A stretch of 61,358 bases of DNA, counting the filler, from Sanchytrium tribonematis (taxonomy: Eukaryota), in assembly GCA_018985235.1 (NCBI GenBank). It is 13 parts of 13 records of this genome, joined end to end, with 100 filler letters (N's around TTAATTAATTAA, not from the genome) between each part and the next. Parts side by side here need not be neighbours in the genome. Positions count along the whole stretch, not along the records: positions 19,917 to 41,697 come from JADGIG010000088.1; positions 41,798 to 44,988 come from JADGIG010000898.1; 11 more parts are not named here. One strand, 5' to 3'. A program made the position numbers and the translations under genes. Below, in pieces: positions 32,132-43,253 of this stretch. The notes beneath the pieces were generated by a model that was given only the letters and a program-made list of their open reading frames with translations, did no database searches and was not told where the DNA came from. Every line of letters begins with the position of its first letter. Position 1 is the stretch's first letter.

Positions 32132-33163
32132 ATGGAAATTCCAAATGAGAAAAGACAGGATGATTTGAGACAACAAATTATGGCTATTCAACTTGACAAG
32201 ACACTAAGCCAGCAAGAAAAAGCCATTAAAATGCAGCAATTGATGATGCCCACTCAAATTACTCCAAAAAAGAAAATCAAGCATAAATTAATGTATAAAA
32301 ATGAGTATGGATGTCAACACTATACTAGAAATTGTTTATTATTAGCAGAATGTTGTAAAGAATATGTCGTGTGTCGACTTTGTCATGATGAAGAAAATGA
32401 TCATGAAATGGACAGATTTATAGTGAAAATGGTCAAATGTATGCATTGTGATGTAGAGCAACCCTTTAGTGATAAATGCAATACATGTGAAATGGTATTT
32501 GGCCATTATAAATGTGATATTTGCCACATGTTAGAAAATAGAGATTTGGATATTTTTCATTGCGATGCGTGTGGGATTTGTAGACGTGGTAAATCAGAAG
32601 ATTTCTACCACTGTGATACCTGTAATACATGCATGATTAAAGATGCACAGTATAAACACACTTGTTTAGAATCCACGATGCATTCAGATTGTCCCATTTG
32701 TAATGAATTCTTATTTTCTTCTTTAAAACCTGCTTGCTTGTTGCAATGTGGTCATTCCATCCATAATGAGTGTTTAGAACACTATTTACACAATAATTAC
32801 CAATGTCCGCTTTGTTTAAAGTCATTAGCAGATATGACTGAATTCTTTGAGAGAATGAGTGTGATGGTGAATGAGCATCAAATGCCAGATGAGTACAAGC
32901 ACTATAAAGCAGATGTGCTTTGTAATGATTGCCATTCTAAAAATATCATGAAATATCATTTTGTAGGGCATTTATGTGGAAATTGCAATTCATGGAATAC
33001 GCGAGTAATGACCACGTGGAAAGATGAAGATGAGGAAACATCAGATACAAATGATTATGAGGCAGATGAAGATGAGGAAAATGAAGAAATAAATGAGGAA
33101 AGGCAAGGACAAATCATAATAACCAGTGGTGACGAGTTTGAAACTGAAAGTGATTCTGAATAA
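32132..33163 (+). CDS. RCHY1: CHY zinc finger and RING E3 ligase (Pirh2/RCHY1-like)
   Basis: GCQHYTRNC...CRLCHDE, CPICNEFLF...CGHSIH...CPLC, LCNDC...CGNCNSWNT. Confidence 0.95.
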   Translation: MEIPNEKRQDDLRQQIMAIQLDKTLSQQEKAIKMQQLMMPTQITPKKKIKHKLMYKNEYGCQHYTRNCLLLAECCKEYVVCRLCHDEENDHEMDRFIVKMVKCMHCDVEQPFSDKCNTCEMVFGHYKCDICHMLENRDLDIFHCDACGICRRGKSEDFYHCDTCNTCMIKDAQYKHTCLESTMHSDCPICNEFLFSSLKPACLLQCGHSIHNECLEHYLHNNYQCPLCLKSLADMTEFFERMSVMVNEHQMPDEYKHYKADVLCNDCHSKNIMKYHFVGHLCGNCNSWNTRVMTTWKDEDEETSDTNDYEADEDEENEEINEERQGQIIITSGDEFETESDSE

Positions 33164-33168
33164 ATGCA

Positions 33169-33504
33169 TCATTTTATTATAACAGGTGCTTTTATAGCAG
33201 CAGATGGTTCATATTCATCACCAATGACAACACATTCATGTGCATCATTCTTGGATTTAACAGAATTCTCTTTTTTGGCACAAATGGCTTTAGCGTGTTC
33301 ATCAATGTAAATATATGATACAGATTCAAATGCTTCCATAGCTTCAAGATTACTATATTGTGATTTTAAATTACATCCCACATCGCCATCAAATAACGCA
33401 CAAATAAAATCATGATTTTTAGATTGTACGATTTGCATATTGGATGGTTTTAATGGGTATTCTGGTGGGATGGATAATGCTGAGACTATAATGTAGTTGA
33501 TCAT
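33169..33504 (-). CDS. Small secreted four-Cys protein, family A copy 1
   Basis: DFICAL...VGC...YIYIDE...AICA...CVVIG shared with four neighbours. Confidence 0.75.
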   Translation of the reverse strand: MINYIIVSALSIPPEYPLKPSNMQIVQSKNHDFICALFDGDVGCNLKSQYSNLEAMEAFESVSYIYIDEHAKAICAKKENSVKSKNDAHECVVIGDEYEPSAAIKAPVIIK

Positions 33505-33704
33505 GGCATTCAATGATCTGCTGGCACATATTTAAATGAATTTATGCCGAATTCATTTCATTAAGCCAATGAGTGAGCTCACAGAATCTTAGTCATTTAA
33601 GTCATTAAATTATATGATACATAGAATTAGTTTCCGTTTCATACGCAATTAGATGATAATCTACATCGTCGTCCACGTTTTCTCAAAAATATGCTACATG
33701 AAAC

Positions 33705-34578
33705 ATGAATGAATTCTTGGGAATGTTGAGTATCTTTACTTCTTCATTCTCAGCATCAACTGGTGCATTATTTAGTAAATTGGCATCTCAATATATCCAT
33801 CTATATGATCTACTCATTATTAGATTCACTGGTCAATTGTTTATCATTTCAATTATTTCAGTTGTTTTGGATATCAACGTATTTAAACAGCCATATATCA
33901 AGCAGCAAGTCAGTCGTGGATGTCTTGGCACCATCACATTTGCATCTACACTATATTCTAATGCAAATATGGAATTATCAAGTTCTGCCATGATTCGATA
34001 TTTAGGACCATTTATCACCATGATACTCGCTAAAACCTATTTAAAAGAAGAAATTAGTAAATTAAAATACATCGGAATGTGTATTGGCTTTATGGCCGTC
34101 TTGCTAATTGCAAAACCATTTCAAGAAACACATTCAAATTATCCAAATCGATCATTAGCTATTATAGCCAATTTTATAGCTGCAATATCAGCAGGCATCT
34201 CCACTATATTGACTAAAGAGATAGTCAAATACACCCATATTGCCAGTTTAATGTTTTATTTTGCATTTACCAGTTTAATCATCACATTTCCCCTTTTATT
34301 TCTCCCACATTCATCCGTATCCATGGATTCTAGTGGTATTTATGCCATTTTAATGATGATTTGCTATTTTCATGGCTCAATTATTTGGTAATACGGGTAT
34401 TAAACAAGTTCCTGCAAGTGTCAGCACATTAATTCAAAGATCTGATATGATATTTGGTGTATTTTATGGCGTAGTCATATTTAAAGAATCATTAGATATA
34501 TATTCTATTGTTGGATGTACTATGATATTAGTTGTGAATGGTTTATTGGCATTTGAACAATATAAATTGCAAAAATAA
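33705..34578 (+). CDS. EamA/DMT-family transporter with a 1-nt frameshift at ~34370
   Basis: About ten TM helices over two ORFs; YLGPFITMILAKTYLKE and YGVVIFKESLDIYSIVG. Confidence 0.85.
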
Positions 34579-34580
34579 AT

Positions 34581-34898
34581 TTATTGAAATATAATATTTG
34601 GTATTTCTTGCTTTGTAGTCCATATTTTTGGTGCTTTGTTTGTAACTGCATTTGTAAAATGATCACCAATTTCAACACATAATGTCGTATTGGAATAATT
34701 TCCATTATTTTTGATGCCACAAATGGATTTTGATGTTTCATCAATGAAAATATCATCTACTTTCCCCATTTTTGGTAATAGTCTTAAATATCTGCCAGAT
34801 AAGATCAAATTGCATCCAACATTTCCATTATTGTATAATCCGCATTTGAAATCACTCTTTTTTGATAAATATAATTTATAAAGTGGTGGAGAACTCAT
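34581..34898 (-). CDS. Family A copy 2 (no obvious leader)
   Basis: SDFKCGLYNNGNVGC, IFIDETSKSICG, CVEIG. Confidence 0.7.
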   Translation of the reverse strand: MSSPPLYKLYLSKKSDFKCGLYNNGNVGCNLILSGRYLRLLPKMGKVDDIFIDETSKSICGIKNNGNYSNTTLCVEIGDHFTNAVTNKAPKIWTTKQEIPNIIFQ

Positions 34899-35067
34899 TG
34901 ATAATGCGTATAACTTTAAATAGATGTATTTACGTCAATAAAATACCAGCCAATCACAGATCCTTCAGAAACTTGCATCCATACACAAATGCAAGCCAAT
35001 ACTTGCCAAATGATTCTGCACGGAGGATTACTTTTTTAGAAATGTAAACATCGCCATGAATTTGCAT

Positions 35068-35490
35068 TTATTGATTTGAAATCTTTTCTTTTTCAGAAGT
35101 CACTTCTAAAAATCCAGATGCCACAACAGTTGCTTCTTTATCAGTCACTTTCATCTCAAATATAGATCCGATCACAATACACTTTCGAGTGATATCCGAA
35201 TATAATTTTTTACCTGATTTATCTTTAATAGGTTTGTTCACCACAGTACAAACGGATTTCGTATCTTCTTCCACATAAATGGATTCTAAATGATCATCTG
35301 TCAATTTCATTTCATAATATTCCAAGTGCATTGTTGAAATCACTTTGCATTTCACTTTTGGTTTATGTAAAATACAAGTGAAATTACTTTGTTGCGATAC
35401 CACCAATTGTTGGAAATCCAATTCATTCAGATTTGTATCCATTGATTTTTGGTTCGTTGCAATGGCAGATAATGGAAGATGAAAGAACAT
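35068..35490 (-). CDS. Family A copy 3
   Basis: MFFHLPLSA leader; SNFTCIL, SIYVEEDTKSVC, CIVIGS. Confidence 0.75.
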   Translation of the reverse strand: MFFHLPLSAIATNQKSMDTNLNELDFQQLVVSQQSNFTCILHKPKVKCKVISTMHLEYYEMKLTDDHLESIYVEEDTKSVCTVVNKPIKDKSGKKLYSDITRKCIVIGSIFEMKVTDKEATVVASGFLEVTSEKEKISNQ

Positions 35491-35695
35491 GTTTAATCGA
35501 GAAACGTGGTTGATTTTTAAACAAGAAAGCAAGCAATTTTATTTAAAAGAGCCAATCAAAACATTTGGCAAACACTGATAATATGGGTAAATCCAATCAT
35601 GGTTTACACAGAATGGATTATCCAATAACCCAAATATTTGTTTGGTGTTGACCAAATGGAATAAAGAATTTAAAAATTTAAATGTTAAAATTGAT

Positions 35696-36061
35696 TTAAT
35701 GAGTATTTGTTTTAATAGCGTGCTTCGAAATCACAGTTGGAGTCTTTCTAGCATCTTTTGCTTCAAATTTGGATCCAATATTGACGCATTTCACTTCTTT
35801 CTCGAAATATTTGCCATTTAATACGGTTGCTTCTTCCAATGCACAAATAGATTGTTTGTCTTCATCAATATAAATAGATTTCACATATTGAAATCTCATT
35901 TCTGTCCAATTTGTGTCCTGATTTGAAGCACAAAATACTATTTCTGTTTTGTGTAAAAAGCATTTAAAATCACTCTTTGTAGAAGCAACTATTCCTTTTG
36001 AATCTTGGGCTACTAATGGTGATGCGAATAATATTGAGTGGTAGATCATGATGGATGACAT
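35696..36061 (-). CDS. Family A copy 4
   Basis: MIYHSILFASP; SDFKCFL, SIYIDEDKQSICA, CVNIGS. Confidence 0.75.
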   Translation of the reverse strand: MSSIMIYHSILFASPLVAQDSKGIVASTKSDFKCFLHKTEIVFCASNQDTNWTEMRFQYVKSIYIDEDKQSICALEEATVLNGKYFEKEVKCVNIGSKFEAKDARKTPTVISKHAIKTNTH

Positions 36062-36623
36062 GGCTTCCTTTTTAATTCAAAATCGTCATCATTGTAATCC
36101 AATGAAATCACTGCTAGGTTCTTTTAGCCAATCAAATAGACTGTAATATCTTTTTAATAAGTCTAATCCAATTAAGGATTATAAAATGTCTTGGCCACTC
36201 AGACTCAAATTCAGAAATTGCCCGTTAATCTCAATGAACCTGAGAAAACGAATTTGACTGCATACTTTTGCATATTTTGATGCGATCAGCACTATCAAAC
36301 CCACATTGAAATATCTATAATAAAATAATATCAATTCTTTATTTTACTCTTGCGTCTTAAATGAATTTCACCGTGTCTACGAGTATCGAGTAAATCAAAT
36401 TCATATCCAAGATAGACACATTTTTCGGCTGTTATATGGTATCTTACCTTGTTTTGAGTTTCATCGTAATTATAAAATGCGCAAATGGTTCGTTTATTTT
36501 CCCCTTTAAAGAATATTCTTTGGACACCTTGTCATTGTCCAATAAATGGATTGACTTGCTTGCTTGTTAATCGAGTTTACCACTAGTACGCAATGACAAA
36601 TTTCCATAAAATATTTATTCAAA

Positions 36624-36962
36624 TCAACTAATTGATTTCAAAATTGCTTTTGTTTTCGTATCACTTTGTTGAAAAGTAGATCCAATTGGAACACATTTCT
36701 CGTATGTAACTTGTTGTACATTCGGTTCAAATGTCTCAAATACACAAATAGATCGTGTAACTTCGTTGATATAAATAGAAGTCACATGTGAGAATTGAGT
36801 CATTTGATACAATTTTCCAGGATTAGTACTTGAACCACATTTTACAATTTGTTGTATTGGATACAATCCGCAAATAAATTCACTGTTTTTTGATGCTTTG
36901 ATAGTTCTTCCGTACTTTGTGACCCCTAATGGTGATGCGAATAATGACAAGTAGAAAATCAT
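36624..36962 (-). CDS. Family A copy 5
   Basis: MIFYLSLFASP; SEFICGL, SIYINEVTRSICV, CVPIGS. Confidence 0.75.
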   Translation of the reverse strand: MIFYLSLFASPLGVTKYGRTIKASKNSEFICGLYPIQQIVKCGSSTNPGKLYQMTQFSHVTSIYINEVTRSICVFETFEPNVQQVTYEKCVPIGSTFQQSDTKTKAILKSIS

Positions 36963-37287
36963 AATAATGAGAGTGAGATCCTCTTCTTTTATGGTAATTT
37001 ATAATTTGTTTGATTGGATCAAATTCAATGTATTGTGTTTGCAAATTATTGATTCCAATCGAGAGACTGGTAAATGGCTTGCATTCATTTGAAAATTATA
37101 TGATTTCATGATGGTTTGGATCGTATCCTGATGAAATATTTGAATAAAACATTAATAGAATATTGTCATTTCTCTATTTCCATAAATACAAACGTGATTC
37201 GCAATTCGTTTCAAAAAACAATTCAATTTACAAATCTATCTGATTGGCTACAAATCACTTTAAAACCAATTCCCCCATTGTTCGACA

Positions 37288-38220
37288 ATGCAATGGCTCA
37301 TCCAACTCGCTCTCATGATCATTATCCCATATGTCATCAAATGGATATCCAATTTAAGAAATAAACCCATCAAAACCAAACAACAATACAGAATCCAACA
37401 ATTTAAACAATCCAAATCCCATTCCAAATTACCCTATTTACTATTGTTAATTGGATTATCCGTATTCGGATATTTGATAATCAATCCACATGAATCTAAT
37501 TTCACTAAATTGCAAATCAAATCCAATTCTAAAACATATCAAATTAGAAATGCATTGCGACACTATTTGCAAGATCAAACACCGTCTAGTCCTGAATTTG
37601 ATTTAAATGCATTTGAACCAGTGAGTCTTGTGAATGCTAAGAATGAATATGATACGATGAAAGTATGGTATGAATTCATCAAGAATAGATCTAAAAAACA
37701 ATTATACGATCGATTTGGAGATGCGATTTATTGTGATTATTGCAAAGATGAATTGGATTATGCGTTTATTTACGCCCCACACGTCTTTAAATGTTATTTG
37801 GGCATGTTTTTATTGATTGGATTAATTAGCATGTCCTTTATCAAAGCACAATGGCGATTTCCTGCTTCTATCTTTCTCATGAGTATGATGGGATGCGAAT
37901 TATCTTTGATTTTTAGTGGGTCTGATTTATTAGAGCAATTGGATTATAAATATCATCATGAACAAGCTGATTATATCAGACATGTCATGTTCTTTATTTT
38001 ATTAGTGGCCATGTTGATTAAGAATAAACCTGATTTGAAGCGTGAAGATGAGGAGATGTTACATTGTGATGCCCTACAATCGATTGCTTTGAAGCAATTT
38101 AAAGTGGTTAAAGCATTGCAATTACAACAGCAAGTGGATGAGGGAGTGAGTATGGGACCCATGACACCTATTAAAAGACATTTATTGCGAGAAATGAATG
38201 TAGAAGAAATGGTTGAATAA
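37288..38220 (+). CDS. Membrane protein with degenerate J-domain-like region (no HPD) and CxxC
   Basis: NFTKLQI...IRNALR, YEFIKN...LYDRFG, CDYC; several TM helices. Confidence 0.6.
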   Translation: MQWLIQLALMIIIPYVIKWISNLRNKPIKTKQQYRIQQFKQSKSHSKLPYLLLLIGLSVFGYLIINPHESNFTKLQIKSNSKTYQIRNALRHYLQDQTPSSPEFDLNAFEPVSLVNAKNEYDTMKVWYEFIKNRSKKQLYDRFGDAIYCDYCKDELDYAFIYAPHVFKCYLGMFLLIGLISMSFIKAQWRFPASIFLMSMMGCELSLIFSGSDLLEQLDYKYHHEQADYIRHVMFFILLVAMLIKNKPDLKREDEEMLHCDALQSIALKQFKVVKALQLQQQVDEGVSMGPMTPIKRHLLREMNVEEMVE

Positions 38221-38231
38221 ATACGTGATTT

Positions 38232-39233
38232 TTAATTCTCTTGGGCTAATTGTTCTAATAACATTTCTAGTTCCCTTAATAATAGTTGCTCGTCTTTTTC
38301 TGTTAATACGTCTACATGCTCAGTCAATTTCTGCATCCATTGATGATTTAATGCTTGACTTGCAGTTAATCTTTCATTTGGATTTGTTTTAGTCAATTGC
38401 CATACGAAATCAACCATATCATCTTGATTTAATTGAGCCAACTTTGATTTCCTATATTTTGGTGATTTTCGATTAAATAAATGCGATAAGCTGTAAAATC
38501 TATCGGTTTCTGAATGTGGGTCGAATTCAACTATTTTTGAAAGTTCTAGAATTAAAACACCCACCATAGCACCCAGTTGATACATATCTGCTTGAATTGG
38601 ATGGTATTGAGTGTAATCATTTTGCATTTCTGGTGACATGTACAAATATGTTCCAATAGATCCTCGTCTACTTTTACTTTTGATCATGTTTTCCAAATCA
38701 CCCAATACAGCATGCCATTCATCATTTACATTTTCCAAGAATATATTCTCTGGTTTAATATCCAAATGGGCAATTCCTCGTAAATGAATATGCTTTAATC
38801 CTCTTAATATTTGTTGAATCACAATTCCAATAAAATTGATTTTTACATGATTATCTGCTGATATTGTATGAATACGCGTATGTAGATCCATTGGATAATA
38901 ATTCATAATGATCTGATGACAATCCATCTCTTCAATGGCATCTGGTGGCGTCATCATCTCAAATCCACCATATTCACCAGAAATGATATTCGGATGTTTG
39001 TATTTCAATTTACCAAACATTTTCATCCAATTTACTTCTATTTTGACATGTTTTTGCAAATCTTTATCATTTTTAGTGATGCAAATCAGTTTAATTGCAT
39101 TTGAATCATGTTTATAAACAGTAGTGATTTTAACGCCAGTATCAGTCAATTTTATTTGATTGGTTCTTGGTATGAATGTCAATTGATTCATGGGAATTTT
39201 AAATTGTGAGAATACAAAGCATGTCAACAACAT
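38232..39233 (-). CDS. Atypical Ser/Thr kinase with signal-like leader, copy 1
   Basis: AIK, HLDIKPEN, DLE, GTYLYMSPE, DMYQLG; leader MLLTCFVFS. Confidence 0.88.
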   Translation of the reverse strand: MLLTCFVFSQFKIPMNQLTFIPRTNQIKLTDTGVKITTVYKHDSNAIKLICITKNDKDLQKHVKIEVNWMKMFGKLKYKHPNIISGEYGGFEMMTPPDAIEEMDCHQIIMNYYPMDLHTRIHTISADNHVKINFIGIVIQQILRGLKHIHLRGIAHLDIKPENIFLENVNDEWHAVLGDLENMIKSKSRRGSIGTYLYMSPEMQNDYTQYHPIQADMYQLGAMVGVLILELSKIVEFDPHSETDRFYSLSHLFNRKSPKYRKSKLAQLNQDDMVDFVWQLTKTNPNERLTASQALNHQWMQKLTEHVDVLTEKDEQLLLRELEMLLEQLAQEN

Positions 39234-39314
39234 TGGGGAAATTTGTAAATTTGAGGAGAAATGCGTGATTGGATCGTGATTGGATATCATTTATTTGTGA
39301 TTGAACAATAGAAA

Positions 39315-40364
39315 TCAGAGGGATTTACCACGTGGTATTTGTTTAGCAGATTTGTTGGGTATGTAATCCTGTAATTGGATATCTATATTTTCAACATCCT
39401 TTAACCATGGATCTTTTAATGCATCTGATGCAGAATAACCGATTAAACTGTTCCACTTACTCCTAGTCAATCGGCGTATTAGTCTTATCATCAAATGAAA
39501 TGATTTTGGTAATTGTCTAAATGCATCTTTCTTCAATTTGCTAAAAGACTCAATTTGATGCGCTTTTGATACAGTATCAGATTCAAATCTAGTTTTAGTA
39601 AATAATTCAAGAGTCAAAACACCCAAAGTGGCACCCAATTGATATAAATCAGCTCTTTTTGTGTTATAAGATTTATATTTGTATTTCATTTGCGGCGGAA
39701 TGTAAATTGATGTACCACGTGGTTCATTTAATCTTTTCTGATCCGTCATGGTTTCTAAATCACCCAGTACCACAACCATTTGATTCTCGATCAAGTGAAT
39801 GAATACATTCTCTGGTTTTACATCCAAATGTGCCTTGCCCTTTGAATGAAGATATTCCAATCCTTTTAATACCCGATAAGTGACTATTTTCATTATTTTC
39901 AAGTATTCCGCTTCATATAAGATATTCAACTCTGATTTTGCTTCAGTTGATTCTTGAATTTGGATCTTTAATTCAAAAACTCTATAAAATTCGTTTAAAA
40001 ATGAAGTTAAATCATACTCGTAATAGGGCATAATAATTTGATAACAATTTAATTTATACTCTATTTCGTCATGTATTCGAATGATGTTAGTCTCCATCCC
40101 TCCAAATTCACCCTTTATGATATGATCATGTTGGAAAGTTTTCATCATCTTAATTTCATGCTGCACTATAGGTACCAATATTTCATTGTTAATGCAAATG
40201 AGTTTGACTGCTTTGATGTCACTTAAATCACTTTTTGTTTTGTAAATAGTCGTAATATGTACTTCATCATTTCCAGTATCTCTTTTTTGTTCTGCTATTG
40301 GTTTGGGGTCTAATTTACTCAATGGAATGGTGAATTGGGCAAATATCAACCATGAAATCAACAT
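39315..40364 (-). CDS. Atypical Ser/Thr kinase with signal-like leader, copy 2
   Basis: AVK, HLDVKPEN, DLE, GTSIYIPPQ, DLYQLG; leader MLISWLIFA. Confidence 0.88.
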   Translation of the reverse strand: MLISWLIFAQFTIPLSKLDPKPIAEQKRDTGNDEVHITTIYKTKSDLSDIKAVKLICINNEILVPIVQHEIKMMKTFQHDHIIKGEFGGMETNIIRIHDEIEYKLNCYQIIMPYYEYDLTSFLNEFYRVFELKIQIQESTEAKSELNILYEAEYLKIMKIVTYRVLKGLEYLHSKGKAHLDVKPENVFIHLIENQMVVVLGDLETMTDQKRLNEPRGTSIYIPPQMKYKYKSYNTKRADLYQLGATLGVLTLELFTKTRFESDTVSKAHQIESFSKLKKDAFRQLPKSFHLMIRLIRRLTRSKWNSLIGYSASDALKDPWLKDVENIDIQLQDYIPNKSAKQIPRGKSL

Positions 40365-40468
40365 GACAATAGGGGATTCATTGTGATTTTGAGTGACATC
40401 ATTAGGGGAAAATGTGATCATCATGTGAATGGGAGTGAAACAGATTGAAAATAGTCAATTTTATTGAT

Positions 40469-41506
40469 TCAAGTAGTTCTTTGTGATTCAATCATGTTAA
40501 TTATATAATAAGCTAGTTCTGGTAATTTGACATTGGTGATCCATGGATGTTTTAATGCTTGTGCTGCTGTCCATCTATCAGATTCACTGGTTCTAGTGAG
40601 TCTATAAATAAAATCAATCATCAATGGGTCCATTTTTAAGAAATAATTTTTAAATGTAGACGGATTAAAATATTTTGAATCACCCGGTAAATGATTTAAT
40701 ATAAATGAACTAGTCCCATCTTTATTCACTACATACATATTATGACCAAATAATTGTAATACTGCCATTCCCAAAGCAGCACCCAATTGGAACATGTCCA
40801 ATTTCTGAGTATTATATACAGGGAATTGATCCTTTAAATTTCCATATGAATCAAACATTTGGGGTGGTAAATAGTCAGGAGTACCTACAATATCATCTGA
40901 ATATGATTTAAATGTCATGTGTTCATAATCAATTAATATAAAATGTAATTTATGATCTTTCTTTTTCACTAAAATATTATCAAATTTCACATCTCTATGG
41001 GCGATTTGATGTGCATGTAAATGATTTAATGCTCTTAATATTTGAGTCATTGCATCTTTCATATTCTGTATAAAAAGCAGTTTAAAATTTGATTCTCTTT
41101 GAATTGTTGTAATATAATCAATTAAATCAGATGGATAGAAATTCATTGATATTTCATAACAATCCACTAAATAAAAACGAGTAAACTTGAATTGAACTTG
41201 TTGTCTCTTTCCCTCAAATGTGCCATGAATTAAATTCACATGATGAAGTGGATAATGTCTAAAATGATTTATCCAAAATATCTCAGATGTGATCATTTTT
41301 TTGAATATATTATGATTCGGATCAATACAATTCAATTTATAGGCTTTAGAATAGTCTTTAGATCTGAAAATAGCTGTTATTTTAAAATCATCATGATGCT
41401 CAATAATTTGCTGATTTCTAAATACTAGATTCTCTAAGAAATAAGATGGTGTTGGTGCGTCATCTGTATTTAATATAGAATATACAAATAGAGTGATGAT
41501 GAACAT
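40469..41506 (-). CDS. Atypical Ser/Thr kinase with signal-like leader, copy 3
   Basis: AYK, HRDVKFDN, DYE, GTPDYLPPQ, DMFQLG; leader MFIITLFVYS. Confidence 0.88.
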   Translation of the reverse strand: MFIITLFVYSILNTDDAPTPSYFLENLVFRNQQIIEHHDDFKITAIFRSKDYSKAYKLNCIDPNHNIFKKMITSEIFWINHFRHYPLHHVNLIHGTFEGKRQQVQFKFTRFYLVDCYEISMNFYPSDLIDYITTIQRESNFKLLFIQNMKDAMTQILRALNHLHAHQIAHRDVKFDNILVKKKDHKLHFILIDYEHMTFKSYSDDIVGTPDYLPPQMFDSYGNLKDQFPVYNTQKLDMFQLGAALGMAVLQLFGHNMYVVNKDGTSSFILNHLPGDSKYFNPSTFKNYFLKMDPLMIDFIYRLTRTSESDRWTAAQALKHPWITNVKLPELAYYIINMIESQRTT

Positions 41507-42268
41507 GTTAGAAGGGATGACAATGATTTGATTTTGGGGATATTTGTGTGACCACATGGTTGCACGGAGATGTCCCTTTTACTTTAGAGCAACACAATCT
41601 ATTCCAATTTTATTTATTAATGTATTGCATAGTAGTTCCTGTAATCCACAAATGATTGATTTTATATGGAAATTAACTAGAAATAAACCTGAAGATCNNN
41701 NNNNNNNNNNNNNNNNNNNNNNNNNNNNNNNNNNNNNNNNNTTAATTAATTAANNNNNNNNNNNNNNNNNNNNNNNNNNNNNNNNNNNNNNNNNNNNGAT
41801 ATTTTTGGAGGGCGTTAAATGTTATATTGGATAAATTTTAAACAAATTACTATAATATTCGAATTGGCTTTTCAAAAAACTAATATAGCACGTGGCACCG
41901 ACGAACACCACGAATATGATCGTGTGGTATCAGCGTTTTGAGGAACTTATCGTGAGGCATTGGAAAAAGTTGATGTCCATGAATTGAAAAAAATTCGTAT
42001 TTTCAAGTCATTTGATGACTTCGGTAAGGTGACGTATCGCATGGTACAAGATACTCCGTTTTAAAGATGTGGCTGATTTCTAGCCGATCGAGAATAAAAT
42101 TGGCTCAGAGGCCTTTCAAAATTATTCGGTGCGAATGGAAAAAAATCGTAGCCATCCGCTTAACCGTTTGATTGCTAAACGAAAACAAATGATTTATTTA
42201 AATTGGTTTTAATGCAGCTTTCTAGTATGCTTTTCCCAAATAAAACAATTCGTCTTTTAACTTGAGAC

Positions 42269-42413
42269 TATGGGTGCTACATTGACCCCAAAATATCGGT
42301 GATATATGAGAAACAATCACAGCCATCATCAGAACACGTAATTGGTACAAGAGGCTCCCAAAACAGATAAATAGCGGCTCTCCTCCAAATAAATACCTTA
42401 CTTCACTTTAACA
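42269..42413 (+). repeat. Truncated solo-LTR fragment of the element-2 family
   Basis: Colinear with 7682-7826, ending at TTAACA, no PBS after it. Confidence 0.75.
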
Positions 42414-42569
42414 AGATGTTTATCACTCAATTTCACACTAGAATTATCTTCTGAAGGAATATAAATTAAATCAAACATGTTCTCAAGCGTCTAATCGTAC
42501 ACCGCTCCAGCTTGCTGCATAAGCCGCTCATATTGAGCCAGAAATGTATAAAGATTTGTATTTATCGTG

Positions 42570-42964
42570 AAATGTGGAATGCAATTGATAAGTAATTGAA
42601 AGTACATTCAAGTTCCATGGGATCATCATTGGTAATGGGTGTTGAAACCATAACCTCCAAACCACCGGGCAGTATCTTGGGTACTAAATTTGTATTAATT
42701 CGTCGACACAGTGATTGCTGTGAGCCAGAATCTAAGAAAACCCCACTTTTTTCAATTTTATCAAATCCAGATAAAAACCCCGAATATTAAATTCATTTTC
42801 AAGAGACTGTATTGAAGTTGCTGTACAGGTCTCAGACTGGTAAGTTTGTCTTCACTTGTACCGTTGTCTGCGGCTTCCTGCATCTCATGTTCTTGCATTA
42901 GCTTTAATTTGATAGTTTGAATTTCAGGGGATTCTTCGAATTTAGGAGGCGCCATGTTATTCAT
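42570..42964 (-). pseudogene. Possible retroelement gag/protease remnant
   Basis: Minus-strand GVFLDSGSQQSL retropepsin-like motif in broken frames. Confidence 0.4.
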
Positions 42965-43253
42965 TGTAAATAATTTATTTATTTACTCGTCTCCCAGACA
43001 GACACCCGTTGTCTATTTATAGCTCGTAGAATTATCTATTTGATTATTCTTCTGCCAAGAAACGGTCCTTCTATGCACTCCATTGGTCAATGAAACAGTC
43101 ACCAAAACAGCAATTTTGAAGCATTCTAAATGGTCGCGTTTTAGAATTAACTCCAGAGTCGAGTTTGGATTGAGTTGAAGGGGAATTCAAACATTTCGTT
43201 TTATTACACATTTGAAGATTGAATCTAAATAAAATTCATTATTTTTTCATACA

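Noticed and set aside
34317..34333. 17-nt GT-AG intron to fix the EamA frameshift
   Set aside because: Wrong length modulo 3; a single extra T explains the shift
41798..42210. Degenerate coding-like sequence (also 1-300, 2885-3240, 6810-7480, 36180-36480)
   Set aside because: Interrupted by stops with no assignable family
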